DNA of 64,000 nucleotides from Lama guanicoe (taxonomy: Eukaryota), in assembly GCA_013239625.1 (NCBI GenBank), contig MU057350.1, forward strand, positions 29,077,611 to 29,141,610, read 5' to 3'. How positions within the stretch are numbered: position 1 is the first letter of the stretch; every line of letters begins with the position of its first letter. The translations under genes and the position numbers were made by a program. Of the stretch, positions 1 through 12,775 are shown piece by piece. A model generated the notes under the pieces. It had not been told where the DNA came from. It searched no databases and was given only the letters and a program-made list of their open reading frames with translations.

Positions 1-1454
1 CCCTAAGGGAAGGAAAAATGTATATGAGATCATTTCTCTTCCCACTTTCCCTGGTTCTGAGTCCCAGTTTTACCTATTACTTCTTTCTCTTTGGAAAGGA
101 AAAAAAAAATTCAAGGCCCTCCAATATTAACAGTGGTTTTACCTAAAAAGAGACACAGTTACAGCTTCCAATTTTTAGGCCAAAAGAAGTCATCCTTGCT
201 ATGATATTCTAATTTGCGAGAAAAAAAAAAGAGTCAGATACTCAGTGGATTCTTGTCTTGGTATTTTTCAAATGTGTCCAACAGTAACCTCCTGGATTGG
301 TGAATGGGTTAAAACGACAAGCATTCTGACAATGCTTTGCAGTTGATAAAATGCTTTCATAAATCAGAACCATCTGGAAACTCATGGAGGGAGAGGACTG
401 CGCCTTATTCTTTTCTGGAGCTTTGGTGCCTGTGCTGGAAGGGACAGCTAGGAGACCTGTGGCTCACATTCGCTAGGTGGGATTGGATGGCGGTATCTCA
501 TTTCATTTTTGCCGCAAGCCAGAACTAGATATATCGACCATTTGTAAGTAGAGATGAAGGAAGAGAGGCCCGCAGAGACTCAGAGCCCAACTCTTCCGCG
601 GTAGATGCCTCTTTTGTTGTCCAACCATTCACCATCCCAGCTTTCGGCATCTTCTTCAAACAGTAGAGAATCTTTGAATCTTACGTGTTTGGTTAAAAAA
701 AATAACTCTACTCTCTTGCTCTGAACTCTGGAGACTTCTCCCCGTCTCTCCTCATCGATTCCTCCAGGAAATAGCACAGGTTAAGAATAATTAGTTCTTA
801 ATGGCGAATGTGAACCCCCGGCATCTTCTTCTCATTGGAGTTAAGTGTGGATTGCTTTAAATCATTCCAACGTTGCAGCTACAAAGCTGACATTTATAAA
901 TTTTCTTTTTCAGTTCAGTATGGGATCCTCCAAATGTCTTCCACAATAACTATCTATGTTTTCAGGGAATCTAAAGATTTCCTTCCAAGTCCTGGTTGCT
1001 GGCATTTTCTCCAAGCCTTCCAAACTGCCAAGAGATGAACTTCAATTTAGAGGAACTGTTACATTTGTCATTGTGAATTTGCTAAACTTTGGATAAATGT
1101 GAAGATTTATGCTTATTCCCAAACGGGCCCTGAGAAAATCTTTGAAGCTCAGAAGGTTCACGCCTGACTTCCTTTCCGCTGTTCCAAGTAAACAAGTTCT
1201 TAAATCTGTGCAGCTCCGTGCCTGGGCTGTGGGTCTCTGTCGTCGTCTAAACCTGGACCCATTTGTACCGCCAGGAACTCAGATGTGACTCACTTCGGAG
1301 GTGCGGGGGAAGAGTCTTCCCCTGGCCTTGTGCTGCAGAAATCACACACTCCATCTGTGTCTCTGGGGTGATCCAATTAGAGAGGACCCTACAGTAACCC
1401 CTCACTTTAACAGCACAGGCCCACGAGACAGACAACCTTCACACTATGACCTCG

Positions 1455-1630
1455 TCCTGTAGTCACTGTATGACCTTGGTTATTATACTCTATCTCTCTA
1501 AGCCTCACTATTATCATCTGTAAAATGAGCATGATGTCTGTCTGGCTGTGGGAGAAGGATATTTGTAGGTAATATATACGCAGTCTGTGATACATGAGAG
1601 TTTATCAACAAGTACTAGCTATTTTAGTAA
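1455..1630 (+). mobile_element. MIR SINE remnant
   Basis: MIR core-like TGACCTTGG...CTCTCTAAGCCTCA...CATCTGTAAAATG followed by a degenerate 3' tail. Confidence 0.75.
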
Positions 1631-1953
1631 TGGAATTGTACATAACATACCAAGAAATTGCCTTGACATTGACTTGTTCAAGGCCATCAGCAAGTTCGTG
1701 ATAGAGCCAGCATCGAATTCATGTCTCTCGATTCTTTATAAAACACAGGATTCCACTTAGGAACCAGCTAACAGTTCTATACTCCTTTTTTATGGGATAG
1801 AGTCTAGAAGTAACATGGTTTAAAGGGACCATATATTAGTTTTGTTCTTTGGATCATCTTCAAAATCCTTTAGAGCCAGGAGCAATAGGAAATGTCACTA
1901 AATTCTTTGAATTCAGTGTTGTGCAAAAAATTGGAGATGATCTATTTAGTAGG

Positions 1954-2570
1954 TGTTTTAGTTTTCTGTTGTAGCATATCAAATTACCACACTTAGTGGC
2001 TTAAAACAACACACATTTACTATTTCACATTTTTTGTGGGTCAGGAGTCGAGGCACTGGCTAACCGGACTTCTGCCTGGGGTCTCACAGGGCTGAAATTG
2101 ACATTCATTGAGGACTGTGACCCCATCTGAGACTCGGAGCTGTTGGCAGAATTCCGTTTCTTGCAGATGTAGGACTGAAGTTCCCACTTTCTTGCTTACA
2201 ATTAACTAGACTGTTTGCAGGTCTCAGAGGCCTCCTGCTGTTCCCTGGCATGCGGTCCTCTACACAACATGGAAGCTTGATCTTTCTAGATCAGCAGGAG
2301 AATCTCTCCCTTAATGTCTCTCGGACATTAAGGACTCACCTGATTAGGTCAGACCCACCCAGGATAATCTCGCTCTTGATGAACTTGATCTGTTTAAGGA
2401 CTTCATTTACATCTGCACAATCCCTCTGCCCTCTTACGTGACATCATCATGCAGTAATAGCCCATCACAGTCATAAGTACTCACACACAAGGGGAGAGAA
2501 TGGTGCAGGCTGCATAAACTGGGGGTGGGGGTGAGAATCTTGGTGGACATTCTAGAATTCTGCTTACTAG
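1954..2570 (-). mobile_element. MaLR solo LTR (MLT1E/F-like)
   Basis: Reverse-complement MLT1 hallmarks: AAATTACCAC..TTAGTGGCTTAAAACAACAC, TGATTAGGTCAGACCCACCCAGGATAATCTC, ending TAGAATTCTGCTTACTA. Confidence 0.85.
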
Positions 2571-3264
2571 GGACATGAGACAAGCATATTATGATGCAAG
2601 ACTTCCTGGCAGATGTCATCGAGTGAGGGTTAAATGCCCCATGAAGCCCAAGAAGGGAGGTGATTTTCTGCTGGGGGGCTTGAGAGAGATGGCAGGGACG
2701 ATGGGTGGAGTTCAGGTAGGCAGAGGTCAAGGTGAGTGGGGACAGTGAGAAAGGAATAGAGTGGAAGAAGCACATCCCAAGGGAGGAAAAGAAGTTATTT
2801 AGGGAAAACGATTAATTGTTTGGCTTGGCTGGAGCTTGGCTTTAAGGAACTGCTCTGTGGTTTTTAAGGCATTATTGGGTTTTCAGGCACATGAAACCTA
2901 CAGAAAATGTGATGAGGGCTGTCTGATTCCATGAGTGTCCTTTGCTTCTTAACATACTGACTAGCCTAGAAGGAAAGGTCTGGGTCTGGCCACATGTCCT
3001 TTGTTTGCGGGGCTCTGAATCCTCCCTCTCTGGTGACCCTTCAGGATCTTAGAAAAGTGGTTTTTCCATCATCCTTTCTAACCAGGAAATCCAAATCTAG
3101 GGGCTTCTGTGGTTTATAAAATGCTTTTCCTGGCATTCCTTTCCCCTGCATCTAGAAGTAGAGTGGACTAGCCTGGAAACATGGGTTCAATCCTGTAAGC
3201 TATAGGTTAAACCAGCTGGAGCTCTTTGTAGCTAAAAGGACCCAAAACCATGTGGTGTAATGCC

Positions 3265-3710
3265 TTTGTTCACTCATGTGTTTGTTCAACAAACGTGTGC
3301 CCTTTACTCTGCTTTTGCTCTGGGGATGCAGTAATGAGACAGCCTTGGCTCTTGTCCTCATGAGGTTCAGAATAGACTCTAGACGCTGGGTGATTCTAGA
3401 TAATTTAGGCTTTAGATTCTTGAGGGATAGAGAGCTAATAAAGACACACTCATTGTGAATTAATTTCAGTTGTAATAAGTTTGATGCACAAAATACATGG
3501 GATGCCAGAAGAGCGATCCCAGACTTAACCAATCTCTACAGCAGCGCTGTGGAGGTGGCAGGGGTGGGGGAGTCAAGCTCAACCTCTCTGAGGAAGTTAT
3601 AAAGGGTGAAAACATCTCAGAAAATAAATGTACCTGGGAGAAGAGACAAATTAAAGTGAACACAGAGTTGTCATGTATCTATCGGGCAAACAGGGTAAAG
3701 ACGTTTTAGA
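3265..3710 (-). mobile_element. L2 LINE 3' remnant
   Basis: TTCACTCAT..TTCAACAAAC...GGGGATGCAGTAATGAGACAG..TGTCCTCATG matches the reverse complement of the L2 3' end. Confidence 0.6.
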
Positions 3711-3749
3711 TTTGGGATAGGATGAATCATCTTGGATGCTTTTTTCGTC

Positions 3750-4035
3750 TTTTCTACCTGGTACTCATTCTTCATAGCTCAACTCTCTCCCTAGTTCTCT
3801 CAAGAGGTTGGATGGTGACCTTCTCCCTGTGCCCGTGACATGTACCACAACCACGATGCTGTGGTTCTCATGGTTCACGGTTGTCTGTTTACACGATGCT
3901 CAGCTGGAACCTTATTGCAGATGTCCTCAGTCACTGATTCTAGCCTCTTCATCTTTTCGTCTCCGATACCAAATACTTCACCTCGCGCCACAGTTGGCAT
4001 AGATATAAACCAGAACTAGTTGGACGCAATGAAAG
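3750..4035 (+). mobile_element. L2 LINE 3' remnant (degenerate)
   Basis: Weak resemblance to the L2 3' end (TTGTCTGTTTAC...TTCATCTTT...CACAGTTGGCA...ATGAA). Confidence 0.4.
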
Positions 4036-4059
4036 TAACATGTTGGTAGCGTGCCATGC

Positions 4060-4180
4060 TTCAAAAGGAAGAGCTTTCAAAAAATCAGTTCTCCAAAGTG
4101 AAAGGGTCTGCCTCAGAATGAGACGCAGAGCTCACCGTCACTGGAGGCTTCAAAAGTCCCATAATTCTGTGGCTTTGAAT
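4060..4180 (+). mobile_element. L3/CR1 3' end remnant
   Basis: GCTCACCGTCACTGGAGGCTTCAA..ATTCTGTG resembles the CR1/L3 3' end. Confidence 0.5.
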
Positions 4181-4479
4181 CAGACCTAAAATAGAATTTG
4201 AAATCTTGATTATAACTACTATCAATTATCAAATTATGTTTTTGATCCTGATTACTTGAGAAAGTTAATGCATTTTTTAAAGGGCTTGATTTAGGTCCAC
4301 AAGTAGCGTTTCTGATTGAGAGAGTCTTTCCAAGCCGTGTATTTCTGAGATGTGCTGTGCATTTTAGACTCGTTACTGAAATGCTATACTTATGATATGG
4401 AGGCTAAGATTGTTTTCCAAGTATAAATAAGGTACATAGATTACATTAAAGAGATATTCCAAGTAGTCATTAGGACTGA

Positions 4480-5000
4480 AAAGCCTGCTGAACAATGAAC
4501 AAAAATGTGCCTTAGGACAGACAGACAGAGTAATCTGCATAGGAGAAAAATGTGTATTTGCTCACAAGTCCGCCAGAATGCAGTTTTCCAATGGCAGAGA
4601 CAAGCCTCGGGAGTGGGTACGCCCCAGAAGGCCGTGAGTTACATTAGACAAGTACCACATTAGCATGAGACAAAAATCAAACTGATGCAAAAGTTCATGA
4701 GTTGGAACCTGGCATGCTGATTTTAGCAGCAGGAAGGGCAAGCGATATGGAAGGACAATCAAAAGAACAGCTCACACGATTGAAGGCCTGGTGGGACTGA
4801 TCCACGGGCAAAGAACAAAAGACTCGCAATGTAGCTAAGCAACTGATGGCATCGGGAGAGACACCTACAATCCTCCAAGGCTCACAAGTGGCCTGCGCAG
4901 GGCCGTGTGCGCGGGAATAGAACCAAACGCAACGAGATGAAAGAAGAATTTAAACAGTTGGGTGTCTGCCAGGAGAAGAAATGATGAAAACTGTCTTTCA
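4480..5000 (+). mobile_element. ancient CR1-clade LINE ORF2 remnant (L3-like)
   Basis: CAAAAGAACAGC..ACGATTGAAGGCCTGGTGGGACTGA..GCAAAGAACAAAAGA..TAGCTAAGCAAC resembles the nucleotide pattern of the CR1 ORF2 C-terminal region; highly decayed. Confidence 0.45.
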
Positions 5001-5354
5001 GAGACTCAAAAACAAAGCTGATTTCTTTCAAATGGGAGATGGCCTAGTTTAGTGCTCATACAACCAAACCAAGAAATATTTATTGAGGTCTCGCCATGAC
5101 ATCTCTAGTAGCTCTTTCCCATCTCCGAGTCCAAATTTAAAACTTTTCATTATTTGTTTCTCCTGATCATACGTGTTAAACCACTTTATCCCATGACTCC
5201 TTTATTTCATGTTCAAGGAGCCTCCCTCATTTAACCCAACAAATGAACACATCCTATTATAGTGCCTTTTAATTTTAATTTTTAAAAATATGAAAATTTG
5301 AATTCAGGTGTAAAATGCAATCTACCTCATTAAAAAAATAAGTTGCTTCTGTTT

Positions 5355-5828
5355 GTTTGTTTTTATTGAAGAATAGTTGGCATGCACTATTGTGTTAGTT
5401 TCAGGTGTACAACTTAGTGATTTGACATTTGCATACTTTACCAGCTGATCACGACAGTAAGTATAGTAACCGTCTGTCATCATACAAAGTTATAACAAGA
5501 TTATTAACCATATTCTTTGTGCTGTATATTACACCCCCAAGACTTATTTCTTTTATAACTGGAAGTTGGTGCTTCTTAATCCCCTTCACCTATTTCACCC
5601 AACCACCTATTTCCCTCCCTGCTGGCGACCACCAGCTTGTTCTCTGTAACCAGGAGTCTGTTTCTGCTTTGTTGGGTCATTTGGTTTTTAGAAGCCACAC
5701 ATAAGTGATATCACACAGTATTTGTCTTTCTCTGAATTATTTCACTTAGCATAATACCCTCTATGTGCACCCATGTTGCCACAACTGGCAAGATGGAAAT
5801 GTGCCATTTTTTGTGGCTGAATAATATT

Positions 5829-5864
<36 letters not shown>

Positions 5865-5936
5865 TACACTACATTTTGCTTATTTGTTCATCCACTAATA
5901 GACACTTAGGTGGCTTGCATATCTTGGCTATTGTGT
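5355..5936 (-). mobile_element. L1 3' end (5'-truncated, L1MA9/laurasiatherian-type 3' UTR)
   Basis: TTTTATTGAAG..TTAGTTTCAGGTGTACAAC; ACAGTATTTGTCTTTCTCTG..TTATTTCACTTAGCATAATACCCTC; ATCTTGGCTATTGT. Confidence 0.9.
5831..5860. repeat. (TG)15 microsatellite inside the L1
   Basis: Directly visible. Confidence 0.98.
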
Positions 5937-7339
5937 GTTTTAAAATGATAACAACTTAACCCTTCTTTCATTTCTGCTTTGTACTTGCTCTTCATGCCTT
6001 CTTCAAGTAATTGTCTGCAAAAGAAAATTTAAAATATTTATACCATCAAAGGAGTTTCAGAAACTGATAGAGGGGTCAAGATCCAATATTCTGAAGGAAG
6101 ATAATTTTGGTGGTGCCTTAGATTAATTTCATTAAAGAGACCCCATTTGAAAGTTTCCCCATTTGAAAAACTGGAAGGCCCCCTTTCTTTCAATCTCTCT
6201 CTATTTCTATCTTGTTCTATCTCGCTCTCTTTTTTAAAATTAAATTTAATTTCTTCTAACATAAAATTTTGGGACAGATATTCCAAAATGACAGAGATTT
6301 TCTAATTTATAAAAATCCAGTCCAGAATATTTAACTGCCCCCTTCATCAAAGAACCCCAAATTACTAGAACTATCCCAGCATGCACTGAGAAGATTTGCA
6401 TATTCTATGGGTAAACAATCCATGGTAAGAATGTATTCAATATGGGACCGCAAATGTTATTTCATCTATTCGCATATTCATTCATTCTACACTTAACACT
6501 CCTAACATTTGTTCATTAATTTGCCAAATGTTCTGTGTCTCCTTATACTTAATACACACAAACCAGATTTTCACTTTCCTCTGACACCTCCTTAAAAGTC
6601 TCCATAGACAGTGTGAAAACGGAGTGTATCTTTCCATTTGATATGAGTCAATGTGGATTTTGTATAGCAAAATACAAATTCATTTTATGTCCTGTAGGAA
6701 TAAACATCAAAGGTCATAAAGGCTGGATGAGAGCTTCTGGTCTTGGGCAGTGTAGCATATGAAGGCGGAAAAAAAAGATTTCCAGTGTTCACAGCTCCTC
6801 ATGTGTCTTATTCTTAAGAGCTACCCCCTCACCTCTCCTTCCTCCTCTTCCTCCTCCTCTTATTCCTCTTCTTTCTTCCTCTTCTTCATTATAAAAATCA
6901 TAATAATTGCCACTATTTTGGTCTCAGGATGAGGAAAGTTGTACATCCCTTCTTGATAGTGGGAAGACAGGTGAGGGGCAGTGGTGTATCCAACGACAGA
7001 GCTTGTGAAATCCCTAAACTTTGTTTTCCTGATGCTTTGAGTGACAGGTCTCGTCTATAGACCCCTCCCAAACAGTTCACTGCATTGGGTATTGCTACCC
7101 CCCATTGGGGATTCTAAAGGGAGCCCCTGAATCCTATACTTTTGACTTCATATCTCTTACCTTGACTATCAAACTCAACTATCTTAACTATTAAACTGAA
7201 TTGAGTGTGATCTGGGGTTAAAACAAACTCATTTAAATGACTACAGGAACTAGCTATCTATAAGTACTATGGACTCACCATAAAAGGTATATTCTTAGTC
7301 TAAAACCTCTTCCTTGAGTATAAATTGTTTAAAAAAATC

Positions 7340-7975
7340 ACAAGCAATAAATGCTCATTGAAGACAATTTTTTAAATACAGAAAAGAAAAAAGAAGAAAA
7401 AGTAAAAATAGAAATTATCTATAGCTCAGAGACAAATCACTTAATATTAGTTTATGTATTTCCAATCTTTGTTTTCTATGTTTAAATGTTCTTTCTTCAC
7501 AAAATTAGAGCTATATAATCTGCACTTTTCCTAAGTTGTTCTTTCCTTCACTCAATATATAATCAGCATCTTCTTCACATAAAGTTGTCTTCTATGATAT
7601 CCCTTTTAATGCCTGTGTAATATTCTATTTTATAAATGAGATTCATATAATTAACTGATCTCCTGCCATCAAATATTTAGCGTGTTTCAATTTTTTCTTT
7701 TAATCTTTGTTGTTCATTGTGTCATAATGTACAATCTTGTCACTAAATCTTTGTGAATAAACCTAGTTTATTCCTTAGAATAAATTCACAAAAGAAAACT
7801 GCTGGATGGAAGTGATCTAGACTTTATAAATATATTTCTATTTAGTGTCTTTTAATAGATACGGCCAAATTTTGGTACTTAAAATTTGTACCAATTTAAA
7901 CTCCTATTAGCAAAAGGTAAAGAAGAAGTCCGTTTCCCTGTACTCCTAGTAGCACTGGTCATTATTACAAAAAAT
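7340..7975 (-). mobile_element. old L1 (L1ME-like) 3' remnant
   Basis: AT-rich decayed L1 3' pattern: ATTCCTTAGAATAAATTC..TGCTGGAT; TTGTACCAATTTAAACTCCTATTAGCA. Confidence 0.65.
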
Positions 7976-8997
7976 ACATTTTAAATTTCTATTTTCACTC
8001 ACTTTCTTTACATATATAAAAATACCTATATTACTAATATTTATATTTAAAACTAAATCCAAGCATAAATTGGTTAACAGAAATATTTTTCATTATTCTG
8101 GCTTTAGGGGATTAAATCAAAATTAAGACCCCAAAGAAACACTCCACAATTTTTGTGTTTTTGGTTTAGGTTTTAAAAAATTTAAATATCTGACAACAAA
8201 TCTTTTTGTGTAAATGTCTCTGCTGATACGAGTTTTGCCACATTTTATGTTACTTCCTAAAGAGAAAAGGCTACAAATTCTAGACTTTTTTTTTTTTTCA
8301 GTAAACTGAAGAACAGATTGTCAACACTTCAGACATTGGAGGGTATGATATAGATTAAGTTCCCAAACCTTCAGCTGGATACCTTGCCTCCAGGAAGATT
8401 CTGGGTCTTGTCTAGGCTCCCCTATACTTACTTCAATACATTTCTTTTGTTTGTTTGTTTTCTGCTAAAGTATTAACCTCCTCTCCTGTTCAGTGCCCTA
8501 TTTTTTTTGATTCAGTGCTACAGAAATATTACATGAGATGAGATGTAGATAAAAGAGTAAATCAAAGCTGAGGGTAGAGAGAGCCTTTAAAAAATGTAGG
8601 CAAATAGACAATGTAAAGATTAGACACACTTAGGAATAGTGTATGGGGAGAACTAATTTTTCTATTTGGAAGGATTTTATTCCATCACCTTTGTTTTTCG
8701 TAGTCCTCTGAGAGGCACGGAAGATTGGAGAACAATGTGTGCAGGTGAATGAGGCTGAGTTGGCGTCTGTGAAATGTGTGTGCCTGAGAACCAAGGGGGC
8801 AGGCGGGTGGAGGTGATCACTCCCGCCCAGAGCCGAGGCTCAGGGAGCAGAGTGGGAGGGGGACACAGGAGGCAGGGGCTGGCCTCCTACTGCACAGGCC
8901 GCTGTTTCTGGCCATACCGGCTGCTGCCCAGAGGCTCTGGAACTGTGCCAGCTCCGTGGACAATGGCTCTTCTCTTAGAGTGAAGATAGATAGATAT

Positions 8998-9018
8998 GGG
9001 GGGGGGGGGGGGGGGGGG
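8998..9018. repeat. G21 homopolymer
   Basis: Directly visible. Confidence 0.95.
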
Positions 9019-9769
9019 CACGGTTTGAGATTATCTTCTTGCAGATCCTCCAGGACCCCTGAGACCTCCTGCTCCCCGTCTCCCGCCATGTCAGGGGAGA
9101 CGAGGGTGACCTGGAATGCAAATACAGGAGGCTTAGATATGAAGAGACATCATAGTTTGACATCCCGTCTAGGCACACGATCAACCCAAATTTGAGGGAT
9201 GACTTTTCTCTTTGTTTTGTACCCAGGTTACAGCCTTTCACTTCATAGCTGAGTCCATAGAAGATGGGGACCAGTTCTCCCTTGTCTTCAATGCAAAATG
9301 AGAAGTCGGGGCATCCCACATGTGGGCAACAGCTGGAAGGGAGGCATGGAGTGGAGGGGGGAGACGTGGTGGCAGAGGGAGGGAAGGGGGTGGCAGGGGA
9401 GGGCTGGACGTGGATGAACATTTCCATGCAGGATGAGGTGAGGGCAAAGCCCAGGACGTGGTGCCCATCAGTGCAAAAATGTTCACTTGGGAATGTCTTA
9501 AAATAAGTTGTTTCATTCCCTACCACAAATTCTGAGCACTAGAGCCTGATTTAGGGACTGGCGGTTCAACTTCTGAAATTGTTAGTGATTAGTAATCTTG
9601 GTATGTTCCTTAAAGCATCTTCTTTCTTGCATTCGTTCATCCATTCTCTCGTTCACTCATTTACTTAATCAACCTGATTAACTCTATCGTTGCTGGATGA
9701 GTCATCTCAGTGCATGAGTTTTCAAACATCTTACTCCAAAGACCTGATGAACGAGGCATTTTTATTAGC

Positions 9770-9995
9770 CATCATCATCCTCATCATTACAGCCACTTAA
9801 AGAGAACCCATGGGCCATGAACTAGGTTAAGAATCTCAAAAAACATCTCATCTCTCCAATCCATCCAACAAGTCTAAACAGGTCAGTAGCATCATTTATC
9901 AGATGAGAAAGCAAAGGCCAAATCCAAATTTTAACTCAGATTGTATGTTCGTTTGTTTCTCCTGAATCCAAATCCCGTTCTCTCCTCTCCGTGCC
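9770..9995 (-). mobile_element. MIR SINE remnant
   Basis: Tail (ATC)n, then ..CATTTATCAGATGAGAAAGC.. and CCTGAATCCAAATCCCGTTCTCT. Confidence 0.6.
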
Positions 9996-12216
9996 AGGCT
10001 GCCTCCCTAACATAATCTATTGTCTTCTACCTCTTTGTCTCTTCCAAGCATCAAGGTTTTATTTGTTTTATCTGTTACCATGAATAACAATATTTTTAAA
10101 AATATTGCCAATATGTGACAAGAGTGTGAAAAGTAAACATGGTAATTAGGCAACATCAAAATGGAGTTAATTATTGCCTTGATGATGAGGGTGGTTTGTG
10201 TACAGTAGTTAGACAGCAGAACGCGTCGTATCAGAAGGCAGTGCTTGTATGTGCCTCTCAAACCACGAGGCAACGTTCGTCCTGTTAGCAGATCATTGGA
10301 AAATTAGCAAATCCTGGATTCACTGGTGCCACACGAATTTTTACCCAGCGCTGCTCTTTCCACGGGGCTTTCTTTTCCGTTAGATCATTATAGCCCATCG
10401 CTTCCCTTCGAGGCAGATATATTAAACCTCGAGTTGTCAATGTTTGGTTTCATAGCTCAGATTCTTTGCCAGATCCGTCACAGACAGATTCCTGATTCCA
10501 AGAACAATTCCCAGCTGGCATACGGGCACCCTGTATTTGTCACGGGCTTCCAGAGTGCTCAGGCATCAGATGCCAAGCATTCCTGTACAATTATCAGATA
10601 TTTGTTAAAGTTCATCTGAATTAGGCTGCTCACAGCATCTTCTCCAGGTTTAAATTTAAACTAAATCCCCACTCCAACGCATCCTATAAGCAGGAGTGAC
10701 TAGATTAGACCCCCTTTTCTTCCTGCCTTGTGTTATTATGAAACGTAGGGAAATGCGACCCCTCAAGGTAACAAGTGGCCTCATTGAATTTTGGACCATC
10801 TCTTGTTGTGCTGTTACATTTCACCTGAACGCTCCATCTAAGAAAGGGCCTGAGTTTGATGCCTGTCCTGACTCACAGTTTCATTCTTTTTGTTCTGGTG
10901 GATTTTAAAAATGTGTGTCCGGTTCCAGTCAAGGCTACTTTCCCTGACTATGATTTGTGTAACCTCAGCAGCTAACCCAGAGCATTACGAACACCCCCGA
11001 TGCCTTTCCCCCCAACCTGAAAAAGTCTGCCATTGCAGAGAAACCAGGTAAAAAGGGATGGATTTGCATAATTCAGTGTCTTAAGTGCAGAGTGTTCATG
11101 TCCAACTTGCATTGGTTTTGCTTTGTTGCCAAACTTCTTTGCAGGGAAGAATGCATCCCCCTTCCCCCCCCCCATCCTGGTCTCTAACAGCTGATACTTC
11201 AGATGTATGTATTTGTTTTTACAGACAGATGAGAAACCATCCCAGCTTTCCCCTGTCAAAATATGCCTTTCGGTATTAGGCAGTTTCTCACATTTTCCAA
11301 TTTGACTTCTGTATAGAACTGTAGCTGGAGATGCTAACGAGTTTGCCAAAGCAGTTTCAGGCTTCCGTACTGTATAAATCCCATTCTGTCCATGCCCGAT
11401 AATTAAGGTTATTAATGAGGGCCTGAATTAGTAGAAAAACAGTATACAGAGCCACTGTGATTTGCTTGATGTAGGTTAATAATCATACATTATGTAGCAT
11501 TTGCAGCCTCCTTGGGTTCTAGAATAGACGCGATGGTGGCAAAGAGCATTGTGATCAAATCGCGCTAATGAAGTAACATTTGGAGCTCGGCGGGGGGCAA
11601 AAAGAAAGGCATTGTTATTGCGAGTGCCAGAGTATTGTCCTTTACCATTTTAGGATGTACTGAAATGCATAAGTAATAATTGTATTTGCATTTATATGAG
11701 AAAGCTCCGACCAAGTCCCGGGCGCCTTTGAAAAGGCAAGACTGGGAGGTGAAAATCATAAATCCGGGTGTCTTGAAACAGCACTCTTTGAGGAAGGAGG
11801 CTTTTTCTCTCTGTGCAGCAGGTTCGAATCTATAATGAGACAGATTAGAATCTGAGCAGCTCCAGATTGATGGGCTGAATTGTTTATACTAAATTGCCTT
11901 GAAGAAACAGATCTGCCGTTCAAGGCCAGGCCTCTGAATTCCTGTTGGGACGACTTTCTCAAAATCTCCCCCACAGTCTGAAAGGCCGACTGGGTGAGTT
12001 TTGAAAAAGGAGCCTGGATTCGCCTCAGATAGCTTTGGATTTGTATCGGTTTGCTTTCCTAATGTGACTGCTTTAGAATGGAGGCGGGCAGACCCAGATG
12101 GCCAAAAGAAAAATTCTCCAAGAATGTTACAAGCTGAAGACAGCTTCAGCCAGAACAAGGGGTTTGGAATTTGAAGCAGGCAGAGGAGGCCCCCAAAGAC
12201 TTTAAGGAAAGTCTGA

Positions 12217-12619
12217 GTATATTAGTCAACTTGGGCTGCCCTAACTAAATACTCTGGACTGGGTGCCTTGGGTAGCAGGAATTAATTTTCTCATGCTTCT
12301 GGAGGCTGAAAAGTTCAAGATCAAGGTCTGGCTGATTTGATTCCTGGTGAGAGCTCTCTTCCTGGCTGCTGTCTTGCTGGGTGCTCACATGACCCCTTCT
12401 TTGTGAGCACACAGTAGGAGGGGCGGAGCCTTCCAGCACCTCTTCTTATAAAGGCATTAATCCCATTATAAGGACCTCATCCTCATAACCTCGTCTAATC
12501 CTAAGTACCTCCCAAAGGTCCCAGCCTCAAATATTGTCACACTGATGATGATGCAGCCCTGGTGAGGACTTCAGCATATGAATTTGGGGAGGTCGGGGAC
12601 ACAATTAAATTCATAGCAA
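12217..12619 (-). mobile_element. MaLR solo LTR (MLT1A-like)
   Basis: TTAGTC..GGGCTGCC..TTCTGGAGGCTGAAAAGTTCAAGATCAAGGT; CTCTTCTTATAAAGGCATTAATCCCAT; ATATGAATTTGGGG..ACACAATT..CATAGCA. Confidence 0.9.
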
Positions 12620-12686
12620 TGAGTAAACCTAGATGCCAGTGGTTGCAATAAGCCTGTGCCAAATGCAGAGCTGGCCATGTGTTTTA

Positions 12687-12775
12687 ATTCTGTTTCAACC
12701 CAGTCTGTTCCATTTCATTCTATTTCAACCCATCCTATTCCACTCCCTTCCACTCTGTTCCATTCCTCTGTGCTC
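12687..12775. repeat. degenerate TTCCA-like low-complexity tract with a 30-bp period
   Basis: ATTCTGTTTCAACCCAGTCTGTTCCA at 12687 and ATTCTATTTCAACCCATCCTATTCCA at 12717. Confidence 0.6.

Noticed and set aside
645-831. 13-bp direct repeat CGGCATCTTCTTC at 645-657 and 819-831 as a TSD
   Set aside because: The enclosed sequence has no poly(A) tail or SINE/LINE features. It is more likely chance or a small local duplication.
8975-9526. 183-aa Pro/Ser-rich ORF, the longest in the window
   Set aside because: It is open mainly because the C-rich minus strand lacks stop codons. The polyproline comes from the G21 run and there is no recognisable domain.
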